This document shows positions 44,931-57,739 of a DNA stretch of 64,000 bases, in pieces. The stretch's first letter is position 1; each line of letters opens with the position of its first letter. Source of the DNA: the human T2T-CHM13v2.0 reference genome, Homo sapiens. The notes beneath the pieces are model-generated. The model did not search any database and was not told the DNA's origin. It was given only the letters and a program-made list of their open reading frames with translations. The stretch lies in the NCBI RefSeq assembly GCF_009914755.1, contig NC_060940.1; one strand, given 5' to 3'. A program made the position numbers and the translations under genes.

Positions 44931-46050
44931 ATTAATTCATTCATTAATTTTTTAAAAGAATGCTAGTCTAGATGGGCCTGGAATAGAATCTTGTGGCATA
45001 CCACTGGAGACCTCCCTTGGGGCCAATGTGTCCCAAACTGTATTCCTTGGAAATTTTTGCCTCCCATGAGATGTGAGTATGTGTTTGGGAATAAAAGAGG
45101 CTGCAATCAGATGAGATTGATACACAACAGATGCTAAAACAGCGTTTACATGAAGAAGCAAAGACACGACATCTAATGGTAAGCTTCCAGGCTAGAGGCT
45201 TTACCTTCCAATAGTACAAGCCCTTAAATCTCTTTTGTCCACTGAGATTTATTTTTACAAAAGAATTCCACCCTGTGAGTGCCCTGAGCGTAGTCAGTCA
45301 CTCCCTCCTTTCTCAGACAGCTTTACTTCTCTCCATGCCCTGCCATGGTGAGAACCCCAAGCACATCAGTCCTGAGACATCCTCTGGCGCCTCTTGTCTG
45401 GCCCCACAAGAGCCAGCAGGGTGGGGAGCAGCCATTGGATTTGAGTCATACCTATGGGCTCCTATTTAGACCCTGGGCACAGGCTCCAAGAAGCTGTCCC
45501 CCTCCCCCACAGCCACCTCAGTTCCCCCAGTTGGAGGCAAGACCCTCTCCTCGCCCCATCAGCCTCCACAGGAGCTTCTGCCCATGGCCAAGAACAGACC
45601 AGCTTGGATCACGAAGGACTGAGCACCTGGAATATTCTGTGCTTCTCCCCTGATGTCTGAAGGCGAGTGCAGCCTCGGGCCTGGCCCACAGTGGCTGATG
45701 GTGGAATGAGTCAGTGCCCAAGCAAAGGTGAGCCAGCCCCTGCAGGAAGGTCAAGCTCTCCTGCCCAGGTGAATCCCCCTCATCCCGGATCCCTCTGTGC
45801 CTCCCCCTGCCTGGGGACCACACCTCATGCTTCTCCTGGGGTTCATGAGTGAACTCCCAATAGCTCTTAAACACGAAACCCATCTTCATTCCACTGTCCT
45901 TCTGAAAGGACACCTTTTGGGAAAATGAACCCAAGTGTCCCAAAAGCATCTGCCTGAGCAACTATGAATGATGGCCTTTCCTCTTCCCACGTGTGTCCTC
46001 CGGGAGCCCCGTCTTGCCAAGTCCAGAAGAGGCTCATCTGTTCTCATCGC

Positions 46051-46069
46051 TAGCCACTAGATGGCGACA
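46051..46069 (+). promoter_or_regulatory. CTCF motif, forward orientation
   Basis: TAGCCACTAGATGGCGACA; core CCACTAGATGGCG fits CCASYAGRKGGCR; lies in non-repeat DNA. Confidence 0.8.
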
Positions 46070-46349
46070 TCAGGAATTGTTTAATTTTCCAAAGAAAGTT
46101 GCTTGGGAAACCACACAGTTCTAAATAAAGCAAAAAGCAATGAATGGGAGGAAGGAGGGGAAGTGGAAAGGCAGGGATTTAGAATTCCCCATCCCTTTAC
46201 ATGGCTATATAACTTGGGCACGCCCTTTAATCTCCCAGAACCTATGCACCTGCAAAATGGAGCTAAGAGAGGTAGCTACCTCCTAAGGTAATGCTGGAAG
46301 ACCTGGGAGCATATTAACCTCCTGGGGAGCTTTACAAAATAGTGAAGTC

Positions 46350-46709
<360 letters not shown>

Positions 46710-46784
46710 CTACTTGGATGTGGGGAGGGGAGCTGGCCAGGCAGTTCCAGGGCACAGCCTGAAGTGAGGATCTCTGCTCCAGGG

Positions 46785-46943
46785 CAGCAGTTCTCAAGCT
46801 TGGGCATGCATCAGAATCACTGGAATCTCTTAGTAACACAGATTGCTGGGTCCCACCCCCAGATCTTCTGATTCGGCAGGTCTGGGGTGGTACCCCAGGA
46901 TTTGCTGATGCTGCTGGTTGAGGCCACACTTTGAGAACCACTG
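46785..46943. mobile_element. MER5A
   Basis: CAGCAGTTCTCAAGCTT..GCATCAGAATCAC...CCACACTTTGAGAACCACTG. Confidence 0.85.
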
Positions 46944-46993
46944 TCTTGCAAAGAAAGAGAGAGAGTGGGTAAGCTGATGCATATAGAACACTA

Positions 46994-47251
<258 letters not shown>

Positions 47252-47284
47252 ACAACTAGGCTCCATGCCTGACGCAAAGGAAGC

Positions 47285-47660
47285 TGTGTGGGTTTTTCCT
47301 AACAACAACCAATTGTCCAGTTCTCCAACACCACTTGGGTTTCCAACAATTCAAGCCATTTCTGAGCCTAACTACCCAGAGTTAGTGCAGACTTCACAGG
47401 TTAATAAAGGCTTAGACACTAGCCACAAGCAGGGTCCCCAAGTGAGCCACGCTTCTGCCTGCCCAACTACAACTTCGGGGGTTGCCCGCAGCCCTCCTTC
47501 GGATTCGATAATTTGTTAGAATGACTCATAGAACCCAGAGAAGGGCTTTACTTTTGATTACTCATGTATTACAAAGGATACAACTTAGGAACAGCCGAAT
47601 GGAAGCGCTGCATGGGGCAAGACGCAGGGGTGGAGCCCAGAGCTTCTGTGCCCTCTCTCA
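47285..47660 (-). mobile_element. MER21C-like ERV LTR fragment
   Basis: AACTACCCAGAGTTAGTGCAGAC; TTCGATAATTTGTTAGAATGACTCATAGAAC; AAAGGATACAACT. Confidence 0.75.
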
Positions 47661-48919
47661 GAATGGAAGAGGCATCCAAGTTTACAAAGCACTTGGAGAA
47701 ATGTTACTCATGTGACCCACTCCGGCTGCCTGTGAGTTCAGAAGAACATGGCAAGGTACGACCTTTTCACAAAGGAGAAAACTGAGACAAAAAGCACTGG
47801 TGAGCAGTCAGCGGCAGAGCATGGGATCAGAAAACTGGGGCTTCTGGTTCCAAGCCCACTGCTCTTACCACTGTGCCCCTCTTCCCTGGAGAACCTGACT
47901 TGTTAGGACTGTACATAAACCAAGAGTTAACAGGCATGTCTCTGAGCTTTAGCACAGAGGCTGGAAAGATTCCTTCTTTTGGCTGGTCGGAACCTCTCTG
48001 TATTCGCTCTTGGTTCTCAGTGGCATGGCAGGTGGGTGAAGCTGGAGGATCCTCGAGGTCTCCACCAGCCTGTGCAGTCAGTCCCATCCAATCGGACTTG
48101 AGTTTTTCCTAGTAGCTTCCTTCCCCGGGACCAGCTCAGACGCCTCCTCCCCTAGCTGGATTTTGCCCAGGGGACTCGTCTCAGGCCACAGAGTGCAGTG
48201 TGCACTGAGGGGTGTGGAGATGGCCTGGAGAAGAGACCCAGACAGGCAGGAGGCAGATGGCCTGGGCTTGCCTGGTTCTGGGCCTGCTGCCACACTGCCC
48301 AGCTGAGGGCTGGTGCCAGAGCCGTGTCTGCTTGCCCCATCAAGAGGTGGGAGGGATTGATCCACCTTCCTGCCCCACAGATGGTGCAGCCTCCAACCTA
48401 TTGTTTTCCAGGACGCTTCGGTGGAGAGCACAAGGAATGTAGGGTCTAGAAACAGGAAGCCCTGGCTTCCGCTGGACAAGGTTTCCTCCAGACTCAGGCC
48501 TGCCCTCCAGACAACAAGGCAGGGCCCTTGGTCCCACCCTGCCCTGCCTGGCTCACTGGGCCACCCCAAGGAAGGCCTTGCCCTCTCTGGGCTTCTGCAT
48601 GTGACGGATACACGGAAGGCTTGGGCAGTGGGGTGACCAATGGCTCCAGACAACGGAGGAGGAGTATGCTGCCCAAGGCCTCAACCTGACTGCACCTCTC
48701 AGCCCACTCATGCACCATGAACACAGCACATGTGGTCACATCCATGTGGACGCCTTACACACTCCATGCGTGTTCTTACATACTTATGTGTAGCCACATG
48801 GTTGCCAAACACCGTGCACATGCCATGCCCATGCTAACACACTCACATGTATACACGGTCGTCCTCACACACTCACAGGTGCCCCCACCATTAACGTGTC
48901 TGTGGCATCACTGTCATGA

Positions 48920-49110
48920 CAAACATGCATTGAGCACCTACTGTATACCAGAGACTATTCTATGCACTTTACATGCATCTTCTCAGTTAGTCCTTTCAGC
49001 AACCCTGGGAGGAAGGCACGCCATCATTCCCATTTTACAGAAGGGAAAACTGAGGCACCAAAGGCCATGTGGCTGGTCCAGGATCAGCCAGACCATAAGT
49101 AGCAGATGTG
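48920..49110 (-). mobile_element. MIR
   Basis: ATTGAGCACCTACTGTATACCAG...CCCATTTTACAGAAGGGAAAACTGAGGC. Confidence 0.82.
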
Positions 49111-50064
49111 CCCCAGCATGTAACCACAGGGCACCACTTTCTCTCCACCCCTGGGAGCCCCACTTCCGTAACAGCCTTTTCAGGATGTTGTGAGAAAAAA
49201 GTGAGAAACATCTGGGGAAGTGCTCTGGGCAGCCTCCTCCCTCCCAGGGGCTGCGGCAAGGTATTGTTCTCACTGTCGGGAATTCAAACCCCGTTCAATC
49301 GGCCTTTCCTGGCCAAAGAGAGGCTGCACTTAGCCTTTTCCTCACCCAGCTCCAGTGGCTGCATCCTGAGCCGCCATCCCTTGCGGTTCCCCAGCCAGTG
49401 GCCTCTCCCTGGCCTGACCACAGCCCACAGGAGGTGGTCCCGCCAGCAGGCAGCTGCATGGGGACACGGTGCACTGGACAGGGGGCGCCTCTCCTAAAAT
49501 CCAGGGATCCTTGGGTCCCTGGCCTGCATGAGGCCCCCAGCGGTGCCCTGCCTGAGCTCCTCAGTGTGGTGTGACAGGCCCTCTACCACCTGGCCTCCTC
49601 CCCAGCCAGTCCCTCTTCCCCTCTCAGCACCTCAGTGCTCCCCTACCCCTTGGAATGTCTTCTCCTTCCCTAAGAGGCCTCCTTGCCTTTGACCCTGCCA
49701 ATTCTGCTGTCTGCAGAGCCCTTCCCGTGCTCCGCCTTTGGTGACCTCCTGCTCATGCTTTCAGATCAGCTTGGGGACCCAGTCCTCCGGCAGCTCCCAG
49801 GCCACCTCCTCCGGGCACCCTCATCTCAGGGTGCACACCTCTGTCACCAACCCAGCCCCACCCAGTGTGGTTCATGCATGTCTTGGTGTCTGTCTCTCCC
49901 ACCAGACTGGGGCACATCAAAGACAAGGACCCAGCCCAAGTCACCTCCACGTCTCCATGCCTAGCACAGGGCTAGGAAAAGCCTGAGCACCAAATGTATT
50001 TTTTAAATAACAAATGAACATAAAACATTGGTGAACAATGGCAAGTTATCAGAAGAAGGGTGGT

Positions 50065-50300
50065 GCTATAGAATGAGCATTGAACTGGGATATAAACAGG
50101 AATATAAGGGTTGAAATCCTGGCTCTGCTACTCAGACACTGTGTGACCTTGAGCAAGTTACTCAGCCTCTCTGAGCCTCAGCTCTTTCATCAGGGAAATG
50201 GGAATACAAATAGCACTTACATCTTTCAGGGCTATTGCAAAGCATCATTACATGAGAAAATGGAGATGGAATGCATAGACAGAATGTGGCAAAGGCTTCG
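50065..50300 (+). mobile_element. MIR
   Basis: CTGTGTGACCTTGAGCAAGTTACTCAGCCTCTCTGAGCCTCAG. Confidence 0.85.
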
Positions 50301-51839
50301 CGGGGATAAGATGCTTGTCAGAATAGGAGTCTGGAAGCTGCATGGGGGCCGGCACGTTTGATCTGAGCACTGATGGGCTGGGAGATTTGGGTTGCAGAAG
50401 GAGGAAGGAAAGCATGGGGGAGGACAGCATGGGAAAGGCTCAAAGAGGGAAGCCTCAGATTGGATCTCGAGTATTCAGCAAGGTTCAGCAGACACACACA
50501 AGCCTGGTGTGAACCGGGCAGTGCCACACTGGGCTCGTTACTGAATTCTGTAAAACGGGCGGATCCTCAACCCTCTCTCAAGGACCCCGTGAAGTATGAG
50601 AAATAAGAGACTGAGCCTGAGACAGGGATGACACATAGGAGGGGCTCAGGTAGTGCTGGTGACTTTAACTCCAGCCCAGCCTCAGAGCTTGTAGCAGAAC
50701 TGTCTCTTTTAATTCCCTGGATCCCCATTCCCAGCCTGGCGCAGAACTGGGCACCAACCAGGACTGAGAGACTGGTTGATTGATTGATTGACTGATTGAC
50801 TGATTTGGTGACTCCTTGAAGCCTTAGGAAAAAGGACCCACTGTCCATCAGAATATACCACAGAACACAGGTACACACCCAGCCCCGCACCTCGTGTCTG
50901 CCTCAACATACCAGTGTTTCATCCGCTCGTTCATTCACTATTCACGCATTCATTCATTCATTCATTCATTCAAACAGTGGGCTCTTCCTCCCTGCCTGAC
51001 GGCCACCTTGAGCTCAGATCCAGGCACCCCAAAGTGAGCCTAGCCCAGTTTCTGCTCGGAGGAGTTCTCAGCTGGGCCTGCAGCTCTCATCACAAGCTTT
51101 CTGTTCCTTGTAGAATCACAGCTGAGGATGAGACCCCTCCCTGCTCCTCCTTCCCGCTCTTCCTCCTTCTGAGCCCCTTCTGAGACTACCTCAGGTGAGC
51201 CCTATTTTATGTTCCCTGGAGGTGTGTCCGCCCCTCAGCACAGCACAGCCAGCTGGGCAAAAGGGTTTTTCCTTTGCCCGTAACTGAGCAGATGGGCTCA
51301 TCAAGCCCTCTGCCATCAGACCATCACCTGCCTTGGAACACAAAACACTCGACTCTCCCCCCAGTCTCTCTGACCCGGGGAGCAGCGGGCTGACTGCCGG
51401 TTCTAATGAGTGCACAGTTTCAAGTTCACATTTGGGGAGCACTCACCTATTACTAGGTGCTGGGGATAAGCACCCAAATAGGACACAATCCCGGTGGGAA
51501 AGGAGAGGAGGGTTGTGAATGAGGTCTGTATAAAGTGCCCTGGGAGCTCAGAAGAGGGAGTGGAGCGTAGAGACAATGAGATCTGGGTGGCTCTGCCAGG
51601 GCTCTGCGCACAGGCGAGGAAGGAGAGAGAAGGAAACACACAAGGTGGAACAGCATGGGCAAAGTCCTGAGGCGTGAGGCTGCAGGGCTTCACCACGACC
51701 GCCCCTGCCAAGCTGATGGCATCGTTTTCCTGCCCCATCCTTGGGTGTCTCACGCTGTGGGGAGGAAGGAAAAGGAAGTCTTATTTGGGGAACCCCTGCT
51801 GTGTCCCGACTCAATTACAGCAGGGCAGGAAAGCTCCCT

Positions 51840-52420
51840 GGGTAAGGAGCTGGGCTCTGGAAACAGAAGCGTGGCTCGGAATTTCCGCCCCACCACTGAC
51901 AAACTCTGATCTCAGAAAGGCTTTCACTCCCAGCCTCTGTTTTCCCATCTGTAAAATGGGCCTAACAGTAGTACCACCCCCGCAGGGTTGTCCTGAGGTT
52001 TGAATGAGGAGTCCCAAGGAGAGCTTAGTGCATTAGCAGCAGACACAAAGGCTGTGGTCCTCAAATGTAACAACACAAACACGTTTCCTGGGGAGCTACA
52101 AACACATAAGTCCTGGGATTCTATCACCAGCCATTCTGACCCCATCAGCCTGGAGTGGGGCCCAAGAAATCTGCATATTCACTCCCCCTCTCCCAGGATG
52201 GATGGCTTGAAGACCACACTTTGAGAAACAGCCACTCGATAAGGCTTGCTGGTCCTGTCATTTATTTTCATTGTCTCATTTCATCTTCCAAACGGCCTGC
52301 AAAGTCTGAACAGATAACTCATTTCACAGGTGAGGAAAGAAGCTCAGAGAGGCAAGTCGGCTGCCCAGGTCATGCAGGCAGCAACGGGTCATGCTAGGAT
52401 CCAAACCTGGGTCTGCAACC
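51840..52420. mobile_element. MIR(+), MER5A and MIR(-) cluster
   Basis: TTTCCCATCTGTAAAATGGG; CCACACTTTGAGAAAC; CAGGTGAGGAAAGAAGCTCAGAGAGG. Confidence 0.7.
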
Positions 52421-53199
52421 CCCACACCTGTACCTCCCCAAGCAGCGCTCCCTGTCGGGTCAGGCTTCCTCCTGGCAGAGGCCAGGTGGGCGTCCCCAGG
52501 CCTTGTCGTCCCACCCGCCATCCCACCCCCACTGCCTCCACTGTTGCTTCCTCCTCTGCTACTAATCTGGTCTCACAGACCATCCCATTTCCTGCTAGCC
52601 CACCAGCCGCCTTCCTTGCTCCCAATGACACTTCCTGGCCTTGTGCCCTCCTGTTACCTCCTTTGCCTCCAGAGAGGTTGGAGCAGAGGCTGGGCAGTGC
52701 CAGAAATCAGGCATGAAATCCTCAGGGGGACCAAGGAGGCACCAGCCTCCCTCCCACAGTCTCAGCTACCTCTGCTACGGTGACCCCCAGCCCCACCCCT
52801 GGGGCCCACAGCTCATGCCTGGCTCACCATTCCTTTGTTTATGGACCACAGGAACAGTCGTTTTCAGGGCAGAGTCAACTTCCTCATGGACTGGGAGTAC
52901 AAAGGGAATTGGCAGATGGTGCCAGGACAGGCCCTGTCCCCATCTGCCACAGCCCCGAGTCTGAGACCCAGCAGGAAGCAATGCACAGGCCAGTGTATCC
53001 CCATGGGCACGTAGACCATGAGGACAGGCGGGGGTGAGGGGGATGTGGACTGGAACACAGGGGACAGAGCACTGTCCTGGCTCCTCTGCGGCCAACCCCC
53101 CCTCTGGGCAGGAGAAAGCAGAGTTAATCCCATTGGAGAAGGAAGCGCTGAGCTGTTGTTTGTTCATTCCACAATCGGCTGTTGAATGTGTTGGATCCC

Positions 53200-53315
53200 A
53201 CTCAGAATTCCGCCCCAAGGACTGTTCTCCTTCCAGCAGGTCGCTCCTCAGTCTCCAGCATCATCTGTCTTCCCGTCTGCTGGATGCTCCCTGGGGACAT
53301 GAGCGTGCTGCCATA

Positions 53316-53353
<38 letters not shown>

Positions 53354-53900
53354 CTCCCACTTCTCTGCTCCCATTCACTGTAAGACTTGGGGAAGAAGCT
53401 ACAGTCACACGTGACTCCACATCCCCGTCCCCCTTTCTCCCCTTTCTCTAGCCCCTCCAATCTGTCTTGTCTACCTTTTCCTGTTTAACCTGTTCTGGTC
53501 ACAGTCATTGATGACCTCATCTTCCAAATCCAAAGTTAAGTCTCAGCCCTCATGCTCCCCAGGCTGACCCACTGACTACTCCCCTGCCCTCCTCCTCTGC
53601 CCTCTCCTGGCATTCCTCCTTCATCATGGGACCCTCTTCTAATGGATCCCCAAATGTCAGAGGGTCCAAGTCCTCCCTCCCTCCAAGCTCATCCATGCCC
53701 ATGGCCTCAGATGCCAGCCATAAGCTGTTGGGTTCCAAACCTCGACTCCAGGCTGGACTCACCCCTGTCTCCCCCACCAGCCTGACACCTCCACCTGGGT
53801 ATCTAACGAGCATCTCAAACTCAACCTGCCTGAGACAGAGGAATCACTATCCCCTCCTCCTCCAAAAATATCCTTCCATCACACTCCCCATCTTGTGCTC
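53200..53900 (+). mobile_element. L2 fragment
   Basis: ATTGATGACCTCATCTTCCAAATCCAAAG; CCTCCACCTGGGTATCTAACGAGCATCTCAAACTCAAC. Confidence 0.7.
53319..53351 (+). repeat. A33 mononucleotide run not attached to an Alu or L1
   Basis: Counted directly; preceded by TT. Confidence 0.95.
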
Positions 53901-54229
53901 TGATTTACTAAACGGCCCTGGGCCCTCTCTTTCTCAGGGTCTCTGCTTGCCCAGCTATATAATAAAACAAGTTTGGGACTTCCCAACCATTCACCCATGG
54001 AAAAACAGAAGCAACTCTTCAAAGGACAGATTCCCAGGATCTGCCCTGGGAGATTCCAAATCAGTTGATCTGGGGTGAGCCCAGTCCTCTGTAGTTTTTA
54101 GAAGCTCCTCCTATGTCTCTCCTGGTCAGCAGAATCTTGGCCCCTCCCTTCCCCCCAGCCTCTTGGTTCTTCTGGGCTCTGATCCAGCCTCAGCGTCACT
54201 GTCTTCCACGCCCCTCTTTGATTCTCGTT

Positions 54230-54400
54230 TATGTCAAAAGCCTTGTGAGGATGAGGCTGTGATTATCCCCATTTTACAGATGAGGAAACTGTGGCTCCAG
54301 GATGACACAACTGGCCAGAGGTCACATCAGAAGCAGAGCTGGGTCACTTGACTCCACCCAATATCCCTAAATGCAAACATCCCCTACAGACCGAGGCTGG
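54230..54400 (-). mobile_element. MIR upstream of the CDH5 promoter
   Basis: ATTATCCCCATTTTACAGATGAGGAAACTG. Confidence 0.88.
54263..54282 (-). promoter_or_regulatory. E-box-N9-GATA composite (TAL1/LMO2/GATA2-type) inside a MIR, about -780 to -795
   Basis: Minus strand reads CATCTG-TAAAATGGG-GATAA. Position agrees with my unverified recollection of the TAL1-responsive element of the human VE-cadherin promoter. Confidence 0.55.
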
Positions 54401-54574
54401 CACCTTAGAGCTGGAGTCCATGCCCGCTCTGACCAGGAGAAGCCAACCTGGTCCTCCAGAGCCAAGAGCTTCTGTCCCTTTCCCATCTCCTGAAGCCTCC
54501 CTGTCACCTTTAAAGTCCATTCCCACAAAGACATCATGGGATCACCACAGAAAATCAAGCTCTGGGGCTAGGCT

Positions 54575-54765
54575 GACCCCAGCTAGATTTTTGGCTCTTT
54601 TATACCCCAGCTGGGTGGACAAGCACCTTAAACCCGCTGAGCCTCAGCTTCCCGGGCTATAAAATGGGGGTGATGACACCTGCCTGTAGCATTCCAAGGA
54701 GGGTTAAATGTGATGCTGCAGCCAAGGGTCCCCACAGCCAGGCTCTTTGCAGGTGCTGGGTTCAG
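54575..54765 (+). mobile_element. MIR
   Basis: GCTGAGCCTCAGCTTCC..CTATAAAATGGGGGTGATGA..GAGGGTTAAATG. Confidence 0.78.
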
Positions 54766-54904
54766 AGTCCCAGAGCTGAGGCCGGGAGTAGGGGTTCAAG
54801 TGGGGTGCCCCAGGCAGGGTCCAGTGCCAGCCCTCTGTGGAGACAGCCATCCGGGGCCGAGGCAGCCGCCCACCGCAGGGCCTGCCTATCTGCAGCCAGC
54901 CCAG

Positions 54905-55060
54905 CCCTCACAAAGGAACAATAACAGGAAACCATCCCAGGGGGAAGTGGGCCAGGGCCAGCTGGAAAACCTGAAGGGGAGGCAGCCAGGCCTCCCTCGC
55001 CAGCGGGGTGTGGCTCCCCTCCAAAGACGGTCGGCTGACAGGCTCCACAGAGCTCCACTC
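54905..55060 (+). promoter_or_regulatory. CDH5: CDH5 proximal endothelial promoter (TATA-less, no CpG island)
   Basis: SOX-type ACAAAG 54910-54915 and AACAAT 54917-54922; FOX:ETS composite AATAACAGGAAAC 54920-54932; ETS GGAAGT 54943-54948; E-box CAGCTG 54959-54964; GT/KLF box GGGGTGTGG 55005-55013. Confidence 0.88.
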
Positions 55061-55124
55061 ACGCTCAGCCCTGGACGGACAGGCAGTCCAACGGAACAGA
55101 AACATCCCTCAGCCCACAGGCACG
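55057..55124 (+). other. CDH5: CDH5 (VE-cadherin) exon 1, non-coding 5'UTR exon; TSS may extend upstream to ~54990
   Basis: Matches my recollection of the CDH5 mRNA 5' end (GACGGTCGGCTGACAGGCTCCACAGAGCTCCACTCACGCTCAGCCCTGGACGGACAGGCAGTCCAACGGAACAGAAACATCCCTCAGCCCACAGGCACG). Followed by consensus donor ACG|GTGAGT at 55124/55125. No ATG in the exon. Confidence 0.92.
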
Positions 55125-57739
55125 GTGAGTGGGGGCTCCCACACTCCCCTCCACCCCAAACCCGCCACCCTGCGCCCAAGATGGGAGGGTCCTCAGCTTC
55201 CCCATCTGTAGAATGGGCATCGTCCCACTCCCATGACAGAGAGGCTCCTCGAGGGCACGCTGGGCCTCCTCGTGGCTCAGAGCAGGGTCGGGGAAGGTGC
55301 ACCCAGAGGTAGTGCCAAGGGCACAAATGGGCATCTCGGGGCTGAGGGGGGCAGGGCAAGGGCTTGGCTCTCCCAGAAGTGTATTCTCCAACTCAAAAAG
55401 GCCCACTGGCCTTCATCAGTGCCAGGCTCAGAGAGGGCAGGATTCTGCCCCAGTTGCCCAGCATGCCGGGGCAGAGGACTGGCACCCAGGCCTTGGCCTC
55501 CCCTCGGTGCCTTACCCTTACTGGAGAGGATTTACCAAGGCCTGACACCAGCCTCCTCAGCCCCCTACCCATACGCCACTAAAGCTCTATGCTGGGATCT
55601 GGGGAGGGGCCCTGAAAAGGAAGCTCCGAGCCTTGGCCCCTCTCGGTCAGCCAGTGCCCCCATTTCAGGATAGGCAAGCTGAGGCTTGGCTCTGGGCACT
55701 TGAGGTCTTGCCTTTCCCTCTGGGCCTTTCCCTGCCCAAACACCATCGGGGCCCACTATGTGTCAAGGGAGCTGTAGTCTGGACAGCGGTCCACCATTCC
55801 TCCCACCAGCACCCTTTCAAAGGCTAGAGCATAAGAGCCCCAAGGCCCCCACAGCCCAGGAAGTCCCCCAGAAGCAGGAGGTCTGGGCCAAGAGCCTGGC
55901 CTGGAGACAGCTGCCCTGGGTACAGATCCCAGCTCTCCCATTTGCTCTGGGGTGACCTTGGGAAAGTTACCCAGAGTTTCCAAACCACAGTGGGGAACAA
56001 GGGATGGTGTGGGGCTCATTATTTTACCATTAACAACTCCACAAGGTAGATACATTCTTTCTTTATATCTCAGTGAAAGCAACTGAGCTTTGGAAACATA
56101 TGAGCTGGTGTGGGGATTTGAACCAGGATCTCGTACTCCAAAGCCCCAGCTCTCCCCAGGTCTCAAGTGTCTCATCTGTGAAATGGGGAAACAGTGTTTC
56201 CTCAGTCAATTGAGTGAAGTGAGCTACATCCCTGGTGCTGGGAATGGCACATAACATGAGATCTTTAAGGAATAGTGGCTGGATTTACCAGCTAGCACAG
56301 AGCCGATCCTGGTTGTGAATGTGATAAAGATTTTGGCCCTTGAGGTATGGTCAAACCCCATCACGGAGGGGTCCTCAGGTGCCCAGCAGGTACGAGGAAG
56401 GGGGTGCAAGTGAGAGGACATCGCGAGCACCTCTGGGCCTCTGCTCCATGTCAGGCTCCCTCCCCAGCGTGGACGTTTCTCATGTGTGATGGGCAGATAG
56501 GATTCTGACAAGAGAGGAAGGGCATTCCCAGGGAGGCAGCTTTGAGGAGTCGAGGGTGTACCTGGAAGGCTCTTTTGCCACAGGCCACTGGAGCCAGGGC
56601 CAGAAGCCCTGGTCCATCCTCAGGTGGTGGGAAGCCTGGGACTCTCCTCTGCCTGCCCTAGAGAGCAGCAGGTATCCACCAAGGGGCCCAAGAGCTGCTG
56701 AGCCCCTGAGCAGCCCTACCAATTTCAGCTTATGGTGGTGAGGGGTAGGGGAGGTGTATACTGGCCTGGAAGGGGTTAAGCTGCCCGCCTGCAGCCTCAG
56801 CCTGAGCTATTGTGTTGCCAAACAAGGGCCGGACATGAGGGCAGGAAGCCAGCAGGGGCCACACATTTTCTGCAAAGTTGGATGATTCACTGCTGACTTG
56901 GGGACACCCAGGGGACAGAGGGGACACCATCCCAGGAAGAATCTTAGGCTCATTTTGCCCACATGGACCCATGACTGCTCCCTGTATCCTCTCTCTGCAC
57001 CCCCTCAGTCACACTGAAGCAACTATGAGAATTCCCATTTGACAGATGGGACCATCGAGGCTGAGGGAAGCTGTGCAGCCAGTCCAAGGTCACACAACCA
57101 ACACAAGGTAGAAGCAGGGTGAGTGCGGTTCCTTCTGACCCACAGTCCATGCCACACTCCACAGTGAAGCTCAGAGAGGGGGAAAGCAGAGCAGTCCAGG
57201 CCACAGAGGCAGGCACAGGGACAAGCCAGGAGCCCAGTGATACCAGGGGAAGGAATGTTCTAGGAGGCAGGGCCTCAGGAGCTTCACCTCTGGCTGAGGA
57301 GATACTAAAAAGTCTGTCCTGATCCAGGTTCAAGCTGGTGTTAAGTGGGTAAATCATGGAGGGCTTGCTGGAGGAAGAGTGGGAATCCCAGATGCTAGGA
57401 GGCCTTGGGCAGCCCCTCTGCAGCCTGCACCTCAGTCTTCCCATCTCTTGAGAGTAGGGGATGGTCCCTAAACTAATTCAGGGATTTCCAGGTTGTCTGC
57501 CTTGGACCATAGCAAAACAGTCAGATCCTGGCAGGTCCAGATACTAGAAGGAGGAGGAAGTGGGACCCAGGGGCAGGCCGGGCTGGTGGTGAATGAGATT
57601 TCCTTCTGCAGAGGAACAGAAAGAGTAGGAGGTGGGCCCAGAGTAGAGCCAGGAAATGAGGTTAAGCGTAAGTTGGCCAGTCAAAGCCACACCCACCAGG
57701 CTGGAGAGGGCGGGTAGATAGGAGTCAAGACACCTGCAC

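Noticed and set aside
49470-49492. CTCF-like CAGGGGGCGCC
   Set aside because: The 5' half of the motif (CCAS) does not match.
54658-54664. TATAAAA upstream of CDH5
   Set aside because: About 400 bp from the TSS and derived from the MIR core (CTGTAAAATGGGG); not positioned as a TATA box.
54710-55312. 200-aa ORF across promoter and exon 1
   Set aside because: Starts in a MIR upstream of the TSS and reads through the splice donor; not cadherin sequence.
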